DNA of 42,316 bases, taken from a bacterium. Lineage in GTDB: Bacteria; Fidelibacterota; Marinisomatia; Marinisomatales; UBA1611. Shown here piece by piece: positions 8,002 to 18,433 of this stretch. The stretch is taken from contig JABGWJ010000134.1 in NCBI GenBank assembly GCA_018645565.1, positions 1 through 42,316 of the forward strand, read 5' to 3'. Both the position numbers and the translations under genes were made by a program. The notes under the pieces are model-generated. The model saw only the letters and a list, made by a program, of their open reading frames with translations. It had not been told where the DNA came from and did not search any database. How positions within the stretch are numbered: the first letter of the stretch is position 1; the number at the start of each line of letters is the position of its first letter.

Positions 8002-10083
8002 TTACTGAATATCCCCATTAGGGTCTGTTTTTAAATGTAAGATTTTACTTATTCCATTTAAGCTAGTTTCCCCAGTTACTATATATCCGTTATCTTTCGT
8101 TTGATTAATACTTTTAAAAACGTCTACGCTTTCACTACCATACAGTTTTTCCCAAAGTTGATTACCCTGAGCATCATAACAAGCCAACCAGCCTTGATAA
8201 TTATTATTGTTTAGATTTTTTCCAACAACAATATAATTTCCCATGTGATTTTCAATCATATCTAATGCGAAATTATTTCCAGGTATTGATGTTAAAAAGT
8301 TTTGTTCACCATTAGTGTTTGTATTAATAATCCAAGAATTACCACTTTCTTGGTTATTATTATCAGACGAATATCCACAAAAAGTATAGCTTCCATCAGA
8401 TGAATGAATTAATCTTTTTGGATAATCATATATGTCCAAATCCCAAGTTTTTGTCCAAAGTGTATCACCGTTGCTAGATATATTGGTGTCGAATTGTGAT
8501 AATAAAATATTTGATGGAGCGTTAGAAGAGGATTGAGCTAATGATGCAAGAATTACGTAACCATTATCTACTTCAATTATAGATTTCCCATTTTCTATAG
8601 TTCTTTGTGATTGTGGGGCAATTGAAATGTTATACTGATTGTCAATATTACCTAATTGATTAATTTCTAAAATTAATATATCTGGGTGTTGTGCATGATA
8701 CTGCCCAACGATAATATATCCATTTTCAGATGATAATATTATGTCGTTAACCTTATCAAGACCATACGCAAGATTCTCTCCTTCTGAATCGTACCCAATG
8801 ATTGAATTCCATAGTTGAGTACCATCTTGCATCGTTTTTGTTATTCTTATATCAGTATCTTGATTATTGTTAACTATTGTTGATACAAAAACATATCCAT
8901 CATTATCCTGTGTCTCAATTATTTTTACAGGCGTCTCGTCTTGGCTATAATTGTAATAGGTAGATGAAGTTAATATTCCATACCTATTAACACTTTTTAA
9001 CACAATATCACTATTATCCTTTGCAATGATTCTATAATCTTCAGCAGTTGTTTGGATGCCATAGAAGCCGCCAATCGATTCAGCATCGGAACCATAACTT
9101 TGTAAAAATGTAAAGTATATTGGTGTAGCTGATTGCATATTGCTAAATACCTCATATTCCCAATCATCAATTATCGAAACCATAAAGTAATAGGTCGTCC
9201 CATAATCATTTTCAATAAACAAATAGCTTGTATCTTGGCTACTATACGAAGTGTAAATAGCTACTTTATCACTCATGCTAGCATCTAGAGATCTGTAAAG
9301 TTTATAGCTCTTAAAATCTGATGATTGATAGCCTGACCATTTTATTGTGAGCTCATTACCAAAAGAGTCGATCGAATCTAATGAAACTGATTGAGGTATA
9401 GGTCTTACAGTATTTGACATATAACCACCTTTTGTACTCTGATTAAGAGTATCATAAACAATTATTCTGAAATAATTACTTACATGTGGATCAAAGTCAT
9501 CGATAGAATAACTAGAAACAGATTTAATAAAGACACTATCAATAAGAGTATTATTTGAAGTATCATTAATTCCAGAATATAGTTCATATTTTAAGAAATC
9601 TGAATCAGGTGACTCATTCCAAAATACTTGCATTGATTCTTCATCATATATAATTGATGTGATATTGATGGGTAATGGTTTTGGGTCTAAAGAAGATATA
9701 AAAACACTGCTTTTTGAGGAATAATTAAATGAGTCTGAAACAGTTATGTAGAAATAGTTTAGAATCAAAGGATCTACATCTTCTAAAAAATAAGTTATGC
9801 TTTTTACATCGTTGGTGCTAAAGATGAGTGAATAGTCACTTTCATTTGCTACTGTTGAGTGATAAAGGTCATACTGATTAAAATCTGTAGCATTTGATTC
9901 TTCCCAAGAAATATCAAATCCAGCATTATTAAATACTACGGATTCAATCTCAATTGTATCTGGAATAGATAAAGTATTATCAATAGTATAGTCAACGGGA
10001 GGACTCTCAGTACAATTATCATCACAATCACAAATACTTACCGATAGTGAGACTGGCCCATCCGGAAGTTCGTTAGTATTCAA
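8002..10083 (-). CDS. Cell-surface protein: three FN3-like repeats plus C-terminal beta-propeller-like repeats (body of an interrupted lipoprotein gene)
   Basis: Three repeats carry W-x-[EG]-S-x-x-S-D-F-x-x-Y-x-L-Y. The C-terminal half has six units of the type [DN]-G-[YS]-[IV]-[IV/F]-x-G ... G-x-x-L-W (SBBP / PQQ-like propeller pattern). The ORF as tracked has no signal peptide; see the next feature. Confidence 0.75.
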   Translation of the reverse strand: MNTNELPDGPVSLSVSICDCDDNCTESPPVDYTIDNTLSIPDTIEIESVVFNNAGFDISWEESNATDFNQYDLYHSTVANESDYSLIFSTNDVKSITYFLEDVDPLILNYFYITVSDSFNYSSKSSVFISSLDPKPLPINITSIIYDEESMQVFWNESPDSDFLKYELYSGINDTSNNTLIDSVFIKSVSSYSIDDFDPHVSNYFRIIVYDTLNQSTKGGYMSNTVRPIPQSVSLDSIDSFGNELTIKWSGYQSSDFKSYKLYRSLDASMSDKVAIYTSYSSQDTSYLFIENDYGTTYYFMVSIIDDWEYEVFSNMQSATPIYFTFLQSYGSDAESIGGFYGIQTTAEDYRIIAKDNSDIVLKSVNRYGILTSSTYYNYSQDETPVKIIETQDNDGYVFVSTIVNNNQDTDIRITKTMQDGTQLWNSIIGYDSEGENLAYGLDKVNDIILSSENGYIIVGQYHAQHPDILILEINQLGNIDNQYNISIAPQSQRTIENGKSIIEVDNGYVILASLAQSSSNAPSNILLSQFDTNISSNGDTLWTKTWDLDIYDYPKRLIHSSDGSYTFCGYSSDNNNQESGNSWIINTNTNGEQNFLTSIPGNNFALDMIENHMGNYIVVGKNLNNNNYQGWLACYDAQGNQLWEKLYGSESVDVFKSINQTKDNGYIVTGETSLNGISKILHLKTDPNGDIQ

Positions 10084-10359
10084 GCTTATTTTAACTGGTT
10101 CATTGTTGATATTTCCTAATATCTCGCTTAAAGGTATATCTATTTTTAAATCATTAATATTTATTTCAACGCCGCATATACCATCAGGATCACTGGCATC
10201 AATACCTAATGTTACAATTTCATTACATGTTGCCCCATCCTGGGGGAATGTTATTACTCAGTAACCGGGTTTATCTTCAATACGCCATTTACAAGAATGC
10301 AAGAAAGTAAGAGCGAGCATTAATACACTTAGTTTTATTATTTGAATTTTTAGAATCAT
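10084..10359 (-). other. In-frame 5' extension of the 8002..10083 gene: lipoprotein signal peptide ORF (ATG 10359) ended by TGA at 10258..10260, then 58 further open in-frame codons
   Basis: Hand translation of the minus strand gives MILKIQIIKLSVLMLALTFLHSCKWRIEDKPGY-TGA-VITFPQDGATCNEIVTLGIDASDPDG...KISL(TTG 10083)NTNELPDG. The offsets 10359-10083=276 and 10260-10083=177 are both multiples of 3. The ATG lies 5 nt after the upstream OMP gene stop (10365..10367). Confidence 0.65.
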
Positions 10360-10364
10360 ATTAA

Positions 10365-11768
10365 TTATTTAAATGTTTTATTAACTTGGAAACCAAATCT
10401 TAATTTTTGATCATGATCGTCAATGCCAATATCCTCAGCAATTGCTGTTCTATGTAAATGATGTAAATTTGAAATAGATAAATCAATTTCTATTGAATTA
10501 ATAGAATACTGAATTCCCGTCTTAAAGCCAGTTTTAACTCCAGATGAAAGTTTTTTTTCTGTGATTTGGTTCGATAAATTACCATAAAACTGAATATTGT
10601 CTCTATAAAACCAATGCAACCCTGATTGGGCAAACCAAATATCCCACGGGTAGCCTTTAGGCTTTAATTTTGTATCAACTAAGTTTACATGAATAAAAGT
10701 AGGAGCTAATGAAAATATTATGTTTTGTTTTGATTTATATTCAAAAATAATTTGATTTAAAAAACTGAGTTTATCGTAGTCATCAAAAATTACAGGTTTG
10801 CCAGGATGCGTGCTGATTACAGATTCATAAATAATATTTATCGGATAGTTTAAATTTTTAATTAATCTATTTAAATAATTTGTTCTAAAAGAAAGGTCAG
10901 ATGTGTTTAAAAAATTGCTATTTGAAATTTCAATAGTTAAAAAGTCTTTTATACCATATCCTAGTGTAAGTCTTGATTGCTGACTAATTGTTGAACCAAA
11001 TCTATTTTCTAGTTGAAGCTTGACTACATTCTCAGGCAAAAGTAGTTTGGAATCTGTGTCAATCTGTCGAGCCTCTTTATTATCTTCAGCCTTCTTTTTT
11101 GTTCTTTTTTTAACCTTATATATAGCTGACATATTGAAAGTATTATTTTTATAATCAAGAGAATCTATTAATGTTTTTTTCACATCTGTCATTCCTAAAA
11201 AGTAAGAGGCTCTGAATCCAAAATTATTATTTAGCATATAGTCTGCGCCAATGTGGAAACCAACATCAATATCAAAATCTTTGGGCTTAAGCTTAAGTTC
11301 ATCTGACTGGCTACTATTATAGTCTGTAAACTTTAACTTTGTAAGTGAAATTCCTCCTAGGGAGCTACCAAATTGTAAACCCATAAAAGAATTAATCTTG
11401 CTAGTATGTGATATCGGGTAGTAGATATGAGCAGATAAATAATTAAAAACCTCATAGCCGTCGATATTAATTTTGTAATCTACACCACCAATATTTAGTA
11501 GTGTATTGTCCTCTAATTTAGAACCTCTTTGAAGGTAACTAGCCCCAGCAATAAATCGACTAATTGGATATTCAAAGCCAATGTTAAACCCACTTCGAGA
11601 GTTTATATTGATACGATCATTAATAGTGTTATCATTGTATTTAATTTGTGAAGAATTAACCCCACCAAAGATCGTCAAATTTCTCTGTGCGTAAAGAGAC
11701 GATACTAAAAGAATGGTTATAATATTTGATTTTACTAGATTGAAAAAAAAGCCCAAGATTTTTATCAT
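10365..11768 (-). CDS. Outer-membrane beta-barrel protein with two modules (OMP_b-brl-type porin-like module + DUF5777-like module) joined by a Lys-rich linker
   Basis: Signal peptide MIKILGFFFNLVKSNIITILLVSSLYA-QR. Module 1 (aa ~27-218) has alternating beta-strand patterning typical of small OM barrels and ends ...FNMSAIYKV. The linker is KKRTKKKAEDNKEARQ. Module 2 (aa ~245-467) has an ENRFG...RLTLGYGIKDFLTIEISNS start and a C-terminal LRFGFQVNKTF aromatic beta-signal. Confidence 0.75.
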   Translation of the reverse strand: MIKILGFFFNLVKSNIITILLVSSLYAQRNLTIFGGVNSSQIKYNDNTINDRININSRSGFNIGFEYPISRFIAGASYLQRGSKLEDNTLLNIGGVDYKINIDGYEVFNYLSAHIYYPISHTSKINSFMGLQFGSSLGGISLTKLKFTDYNSSQSDELKLKPKDFDIDVGFHIGADYMLNNNFGFRASYFLGMTDVKKTLIDSLDYKNNTFNMSAIYKVKKRTKKKAEDNKEARQIDTDSKLLLPENVVKLQLENRFGSTISQQSRLTLGYGIKDFLTIEISNSNFLNTSDLSFRTNYLNRLIKNLNYPINIIYESVISTHPGKPVIFDDYDKLSFLNQIIFEYKSKQNIIFSLAPTFIHVNLVDTKLKPKGYPWDIWFAQSGLHWFYRDNIQFYGNLSNQITEKKLSSGVKTGFKTGIQYSINSIEIDLSISNLHHLHRTAIAEDIGIDDHDQKLRFGFQVNKTFK

Positions 11769-11791
11769 AGTTTTAGGTAAAATTGTTAATG

Positions 11792-11865
11792 TAGCGGAGG
11801 AGGGATTCGAACCCCCGACACCCGGATTATGATTCCGATGCTCTAACCAACTGAGCTACTCCGCC
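11792..11865 (-). tRNA. tRNA with CAT anticodon (elongator tRNA-Met; lysidine-modified tRNA-Ile2 not excluded)
   Basis: The minus strand reads GGCGGAG TA GCTC AGTTGGTTA GAGC A TCGGA ATCATAA TCCGG GTGTC GGGGG TTCGAAT CCCTC CTCCGCT A. This folds as a 74-nt cloverleaf with anticodon loop AT-CAT-AA. It lacks the initiator features: no C1xA72 mismatch and no triple G-C in the anticodon stem. Confidence 0.85.
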
Positions 11866-11986
11866 ATTAAAATACTGATAGCTGACAGTGATATTAATTA
11901 TCTATATTTAAAAAAACTAATGATAGAAAAACAAAAAATTGATTATTTGAAGCCATAAATGCATAGTAAATTTTATGATATTTTAG

Positions 11987-13342
<1,356 letters not shown>

Positions 13343-13346
13343 ATTT

Positions 13347-16319
13347 CTAGATTCCAGAGGAATCTTCTTCGTCCATTATCTCTATCGTTTCTGGTTTAGG
13401 AATTATTACCTTTCCTGTTCCAGATAGTCCATCTATAATAGAGCGGAATGGCTCTTTAAATTGATACCAGCTAATATAATTTTTCTCTTCTTTAGGATGA
13501 TTTTTTTCTAGCCATTTTGAATTTAGAAAATCATTTTTATTTTTGTGGTCAATAGTTAAATAGCCAATATGAAGGCTAATAATATTTTGGAAAAAATGAC
13601 TACCAAATGATGGGTCAACTGGAAAATCTTGATGTCCTAGCTCTAAAATCATTTTTGTATTTGATATTTGTTGCCAATTTATTGGTACGCCCAACCATGG
13701 GTCTGAAGAACCCCACCTACCAGGGCCAACAAGAATATAAGGCCTGTTTTTTTCCATTTTATTATTAAAAAATTCTATTTCTTTAGCTATATCAAGCGAT
13801 TTTGAAGGATCGTACTTATCGGGAGATAAGTATAATAAATCTTTTATTTGGTTCGTCGAACCATTTCCTAATGTTATGTGACTAGATGCAAAAATATCTC
13901 TTTTTCTGAAGCTTTCTTCGTCAATAGCCTTATTTGTTGATATCAGCATGGGTTTTATTTGTAATAAGTAAAATTCAGAAGGTTCATTTTTTCGCATATT
14001 TACAGCAAACTCTATTTCAACTGGGCATCCGAGAGCTTGTTTCCCAAGTATAAGTAATTCATTTAGTATCTCACATAAAGGTATAATCTTCCAATCAAGA
14101 ATTGGAGAAAAATTAACTACCCTTGTTCCCTTATAAGATAAAGAATTTCTAAGAATGTTATCATCTGAAGTGATAACTCCTCCTAGCCAGTCTAATGACT
14201 TGTCTATTTCAGCTTTTGAAAGGTTAAGAAGCTTCAAGTCATTTTTTAATTTAAAATTGGCGCCATCCATTTCGAGTGAATAAAAACTTGATTGGGAATT
14301 TACTAAGGTTGATTTTATTGTTGAAAACTGAGGTTTGATGGCAGGGTATTTTGGAGAGATGCCAAGGCATTTTCCGCCGTCTACAATAGTTTTACCAAAA
14401 CCAAGCGCTAAATAGCATACTCCTTCATCTCTCTTCATATATGAAACGGGATAAAAATTTATACTCTTTAATACGCCACTAAATGTTGGGTAAAATCTCC
14501 CCCCAGCGTATTCTTGCCCAGCAATTTCCATTAAAATCACTGCCATTTTTTCTTCTTCTGTTCGATGTGCACTATTTGCAAAATATGATTTTGATTCAAT
14601 ATAAAATATTGATGCGAAAACTAATTTTATTGCATCAATTAATTGATTTATACGGTCTTTAAATATTGCTTGGTTATTTGGTAACATAAATGTTGAATAT
14701 GCCCCAGATAGAGGTTGGTATTGTGAGTCTTCTAACAGACTAGAGGACCTGACGGCTAGAGGATAATTACAATTTTTTAAAAATGCTTCTACCTTAAGTG
14801 TTAGCTCCATAGACAACCGGCTTTTCAAAAACATTGTCTCAACATCTTTATTATTATTAGCCTTTAAGGCATTATCCCAAAGTTTATTATCTTTCATAAA
14901 ACGATCAAATTCTTCTGTGCCGATTATTGCTGTCTTTGGAATTTTTACATTTATGTTTTTGAATTTATTATTTATGCCTGACTGAATTATCATATCTTTC
15001 GCAAATGCTAAACCGCGTGCCTTACCACCTAAAGACCCTCCGCACATTTTATAGAACCTAGAACTTTTACCATTTTCAGGAGAAAAGTCAGATACTTCAC
15101 CAAACTTATGTTGTTGCTTTAAATTATTGATTTCTTCAATAATCATGGCTCTTATATCTTCTTTGTTAGAAAATTTTTGAACATTAATCTTTCTAAGTTG
15201 TGTTGCTAAATCAAAATTGGATCTAGCAGCAACCCAATTTGAAAAGTGGTTGCTTTTACCATGTAAAATAATGGTTGCTATTGGCACTGTTTTTATGCCT
15301 TCAATTAGATCTTCAATGTTCGTTGCTTTTAGTAATCCATTACCTTGATTATCCTTAAAAATAAAATCACCAAATCCAAAATTGATTAGCATGAAATTTC
15401 TTAAATCATTTAAAAGTGTGTTAGACTCTTTATGTAAAAAATCAGTTCCTAACTCTTTCGCTAATTTTCTATTAGAATTATCTGTTGATTGTAGCATTAT
15501 CGGCATCGACGGATGCTTTTCTCTGATAGATTTTGCAAATCTAGCTCCAGCTTTTGAGTCTTTTTTTCCATTATTCAAAAATTTAACATCTGATATTATT
15601 CCAACAATATTATCGCCATATTTATTCGAAAATTTTTCAGCAGTTTCAAAATTTGGTGTAAGTAATACTTTGATTCTTCCTCTTAAGTGCATTGATTTAT
15701 AAGTAGAACTAAAAGTTTTTTTCATAAGGGTTTTTGTAAGAGAAACTATCTCCCGATAAATAAGTGGAAGCAGTATTGAATACATTCGAGGGGAGTCTTC
15801 AATAAGAATTATTGCGCGCACATTACCTTGAATAATATCTTTTTCAGCATTTTTCCTATCTTCAACATATTTAATGATTGCTGGAAAAACGGAAGCGTCA
15901 CCTGACCATATAAAGATTCTGTTAATTGAACTCGGTGAAATTCGTGGAGTGAATTGTTTTATTTCTGTTTCATCAAAAGCTAGTAAGATTACTGGCATAT
16001 TCGGATATTTCTTTTTTATAGACTTGCCAAGTGAAATCGGATCAGTATCTTCAATTCTTAGCATAACAATTACTAAATCAAAATTATTTTTTGATAAATC
16101 GTTCATTGCTGAAGCTGCCGTAGAGGATCTAGTCACTCTAGGAGCATAATTAAAATTCATCCCGATGTATTCTGTCATAATTTGTTCAGTCAATCCGCCA
16201 TCCTCTTCAAGTATAAAAGCATCATACGGGCTAGCGACTAATAGAATTTCATGAACTCTGTGTACCATCAGCTCATTAAAATTATCGCTATGACTAATAT
16301 TGAAAGAGTTTTCTTTCAA
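13347..16319 (-). CDS. Pseudo-receiver + receiver (REC) + PEP/pyruvate-binding (PPDK_N ATP-grasp) domain protein of unknown function
   Basis: REC-like 1 is aa ~23-125 (HEILLVASPYD..., DLVIVMLRI). REC 2 is aa ~168-300 (AIILIEDSP, GIISDVKF, PIMLQS, FLHKES). PPDK_N-type motifs are CGGSLGGKARGLAF and ...PVEIEFAVN...FYLLQIKPM. The conserved C-terminal module has GPGRWGSSDPWLGVPINW. TTG start at 16319; an alternative ATG is at 16268. Confidence 0.8.
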   Translation of the reverse strand: MKENSFNISHSDNFNELMVHRVHEILLVASPYDAFILEEDGGLTEQIMTEYIGMNFNYAPRVTRSSTAASAMNDLSKNNFDLVIVMLRIEDTDPISLGKSIKKKYPNMPVILLAFDETEIKQFTPRISPSSINRIFIWSGDASVFPAIIKYVEDRKNAEKDIIQGNVRAIILIEDSPRMYSILLPLIYREIVSLTKTLMKKTFSSTYKSMHLRGRIKVLLTPNFETAEKFSNKYGDNIVGIISDVKFLNNGKKDSKAGARFAKSIREKHPSMPIMLQSTDNSNRKLAKELGTDFLHKESNTLLNDLRNFMLINFGFGDFIFKDNQGNGLLKATNIEDLIEGIKTVPIATIILHGKSNHFSNWVAARSNFDLATQLRKINVQKFSNKEDIRAMIIEEINNLKQQHKFGEVSDFSPENGKSSRFYKMCGGSLGGKARGLAFAKDMIIQSGINNKFKNINVKIPKTAIIGTEEFDRFMKDNKLWDNALKANNNKDVETMFLKSRLSMELTLKVEAFLKNCNYPLAVRSSSLLEDSQYQPLSGAYSTFMLPNNQAIFKDRINQLIDAIKLVFASIFYIESKSYFANSAHRTEEEKMAVILMEIAGQEYAGGRFYPTFSGVLKSINFYPVSYMKRDEGVCYLALGFGKTIVDGGKCLGISPKYPAIKPQFSTIKSTLVNSQSSFYSLEMDGANFKLKNDLKLLNLSKAEIDKSLDWLGGVITSDDNILRNSLSYKGTRVVNFSPILDWKIIPLCEILNELLILGKQALGCPVEIEFAVNMRKNEPSEFYLLQIKPMLISTNKAIDEESFRKRDIFASSHITLGNGSTNQIKDLLYLSPDKYDPSKSLDIAKEIEFFNNKMEKNRPYILVGPGRWGSSDPWLGVPINWQQISNTKMILELGHQDFPVDPSFGSHFFQNIISLHIGYLTIDHKNKNDFLNSKWLEKNHPKEEKNYISWYQFKEPFRSIIDGLSGTGKVIIPKPETIEIMDEEDSSGI

Positions 16320-16383
16320 AAGATGAATAATTTTAATTTTTGTATGTTTAATTCCACTTTAAACCTTATACATTGTTTTGTAG

Positions 16384-16392
16384 TGATATAAT
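16384..16392 (+). promoter_or_regulatory. Possible extended -10 element (TGaTATAAT) upstream of pgk
   Basis: tgatataat was read at 16384..16392 in the 161-nt divergent intergenic region, 89 nt upstream of the pgk ATG. There is no good -35. AT-rich background makes chance hits likely. Confidence 0.25.
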
Positions 16393-16480
16393 TAACTAAA
16401 ATAAAGCTTAATTTAATCAACATATACAATACTATAATACTTTCTAGCCAAGTTAAACTCTAAATTTATACTACTTAATA

Positions 16481-17668
16481 ATGCTAAGACCTCTAAAGTC
16501 TTTTGATATAAAAGGACAAACTATTTTAGTCAGATTGGATTTAAATGTTCCAATCATAAATGGTATCATTCAAGATGACTTCAGAATTAAAGCATGTCTA
16601 CCTACAATTAATTATTGTTTGAAAGAAGGTGCTTCCGTTGTAATAATGTCGCATTTAGGAAGGCCAGAAGGAATTTACAGCGACGACTTAAGCTTAATTC
16701 CGATTGGCGAGCATCTTGCATCATTACTCGAACTGCCAATAAAATTTTCTAAAGACTGTATTTCTCAAGATGCAATCGACACTTCATTGTCTTTAAAACC
16801 CGGCGAAGTGCATTTACTTGAAAATTTGAGATTCTACAATGAAGAAATTCAGAATGATTCCGTATTCTCTAACAAGCTTTCAAAACATGGAAGGCTCTAT
16901 ATTAACGATGCTTTTGGTACCGCGCATAGAGAGCATGCGTCCAATCACGGTGTTGTTGACAATTTCAAAAACTTCGGTATAGGATATTTGTTTGAAAGAG
17001 AAATGAAGTATTTAAGGGACGCTATTAATAAACCTAAAAAACCTCTAGTCTTAATTCTAGGAGGTGCAAAAGTATCAACCAAATTAGAACTAATAGACAG
17101 ATATGTGCATCAAGCTGATTCAATTATCGTTGGAGGTGGAATGGCATTTACATTTTTGAAAGCCATGGGCTACAATGTTGGTAGCTCTCTAGTGGAATCA
17201 AAAATGATAAGTCAAGCTAAGAACATTTTGGAAACGGCAAGGAAAAGCGGAAAAAAAATAATTCTACCGAACGATGTTGTTTGTTCTGATAATATAAACG
17301 CATCTTCAAATGGAAGTGTAATTAGTGTTCGTGATATACCTGATGGTATGATGGGGCTAGATATAGGACCTAAAACTATAGAAAAATATTCTAACATATT
17401 AACCTCAGCTAAAACAGTATTATGGAACGGTCCGATGGGTGTTTTTGAAAATAAGTTTTTTGAAAATGGTACTAAATTGATTGCAGAAAAGTTAGTTCAA
17501 ATAGTATTGGCTGATTCAACTGTTATTGCTGGTGGCGGAGATACAGCATCTGCACTCAGGCATTTTAAACTTGAAGAAAAAATCTCTCATGTTTCAACAG
17601 GTGGTGGATCTTCTTTAGAGCTAATGTCAGGAAATCAATTAAAAGCAATAAATAAATTGGAGATATAA
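16481..17668 (+). CDS. pgk: Phosphoglycerate kinase
   Basis: RLDLNVP, MSHLGRPEG, and GGGDTA near the C-terminus. Typical 395-aa length. Confidence 0.95.
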   Translation: MLRPLKSFDIKGQTILVRLDLNVPIINGIIQDDFRIKACLPTINYCLKEGASVVIMSHLGRPEGIYSDDLSLIPIGEHLASLLELPIKFSKDCISQDAIDTSLSLKPGEVHLLENLRFYNEEIQNDSVFSNKLSKHGRLYINDAFGTAHREHASNHGVVDNFKNFGIGYLFEREMKYLRDAINKPKKPLVLILGGAKVSTKLELIDRYVHQADSIIVGGGMAFTFLKAMGYNVGSSLVESKMISQAKNILETARKSGKKIILPNDVVCSDNINASSNGSVISVRDIPDGMMGLDIGPKTIEKYSNILTSAKTVLWNGPMGVFENKFFENGTKLIAEKLVQIVLADSTVIAGGGDTASALRHFKLEEKISHVSTGGGSSLELMSGNQLKAINKLEI

Positions 17669-17673
17669 AAAGT

Positions 17674-18420
17674 ATGATTAATCCTATAGTCGCAGGTAAT
17701 TGGAAAATGAATAAAACGCCATCTGAGGGGAAAATATTTTCTGAAAAGATGGTTGAAAAATTAGGTTCTAAAAGTAGTGTGGATGTAATAGTATGCCCGC
17801 CATTTACTGGCTTGAGCAGCTTGGTCATATCTACTAAATTCCATTTAGGAGCACAAAACTGTCACTTTGAAGATAGTGGTGCTTTCACTGGAGAAATATC
17901 AACATCTATGTTGCTTAATTGCAATGTTGAATATGTTATTTTAGGGCATTCAGAAAGAAGATCAATTTTTCATGAAAAAAATAATGACATTGGTAAAAAA
18001 GTATCTAAGGTTTTAAGTGATGGTATGAAGCCTATTTTGTGCGTTGGGGAAACGATAGATGAATTAAATAAAGGGTTAGCAAAACAGACAGTTCGGCGTC
18101 AATTGAAATTGGGACTGAATGATGTAAATTCATTAAATAATATAATAATTGCGTATGAGCCAGTATGGGCAATTGGTACAGGTTTGACAGCTTCTGTTGA
18201 AAAAGTTAGCGAAATTCACTCTTTTATACGAACTACTTTGAAAGATTTATCCTCTGAATCAGAAAGTAATAATGTTCCAATTATTTATGGTGGTTCAGTA
18301 AATTCTGGTAATGCAGATGAGTTAATTAATGCTCATGCTGTTAATGGCTTTCTAATTGGTGGTGCGAGTTTAGATGTTGATAAATTTGTAGAAATCATTA
18401 ATATTGTTGACAAAATTTAG
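17674..18420 (+). CDS. tpiA: Triosephosphate isomerase
   Basis: VAGNWKMN, ILGHSERR, IAYEPVWAIGTG, YGGSV. Confidence 0.95.
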   Translation: MINPIVAGNWKMNKTPSEGKIFSEKMVEKLGSKSSVDVIVCPPFTGLSSLVISTKFHLGAQNCHFEDSGAFTGEISTSMLLNCNVEYVILGHSERRSIFHEKNNDIGKKVSKVLSDGMKPILCVGETIDELNKGLAKQTVRRQLKLGLNDVNSLNNIIIAYEPVWAIGTGLTASVEKVSEIHSFIRTTLKDLSSESESNNVPIIYGGSVNSGNADELINAHAVNGFLIGGASLDVDKFVEIINIVDKI

Positions 18421-18433
18421 GAGTATTTTTTAA

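Noticed and set aside
10258-10260. The in-frame TGA as evidence for an alternative genetic code (UGA = Trp or Gly, tables 4/25).
   Set aside because: TGA clearly terminates the TPR (22078..22080), murA (26407..26409), trkA (27832..27834) and uvrB (36475..36477) genes at the expected protein ends. Three of these are ATGA stop/start overlaps. UGA is therefore a normal stop in this genome.
10232-10260. The TGA plus downstream hairpin as a selenocysteine codon with SECIS element.
   Set aside because: The stem is only 5 bp with a GGA triloop, unlike bacterial SECIS. The codon lies just after a lipoprotein signal peptide with no redox-type Cys/Sec motif context. No sel genes are in the window. Kept only as a remote option within the readthrough finding.
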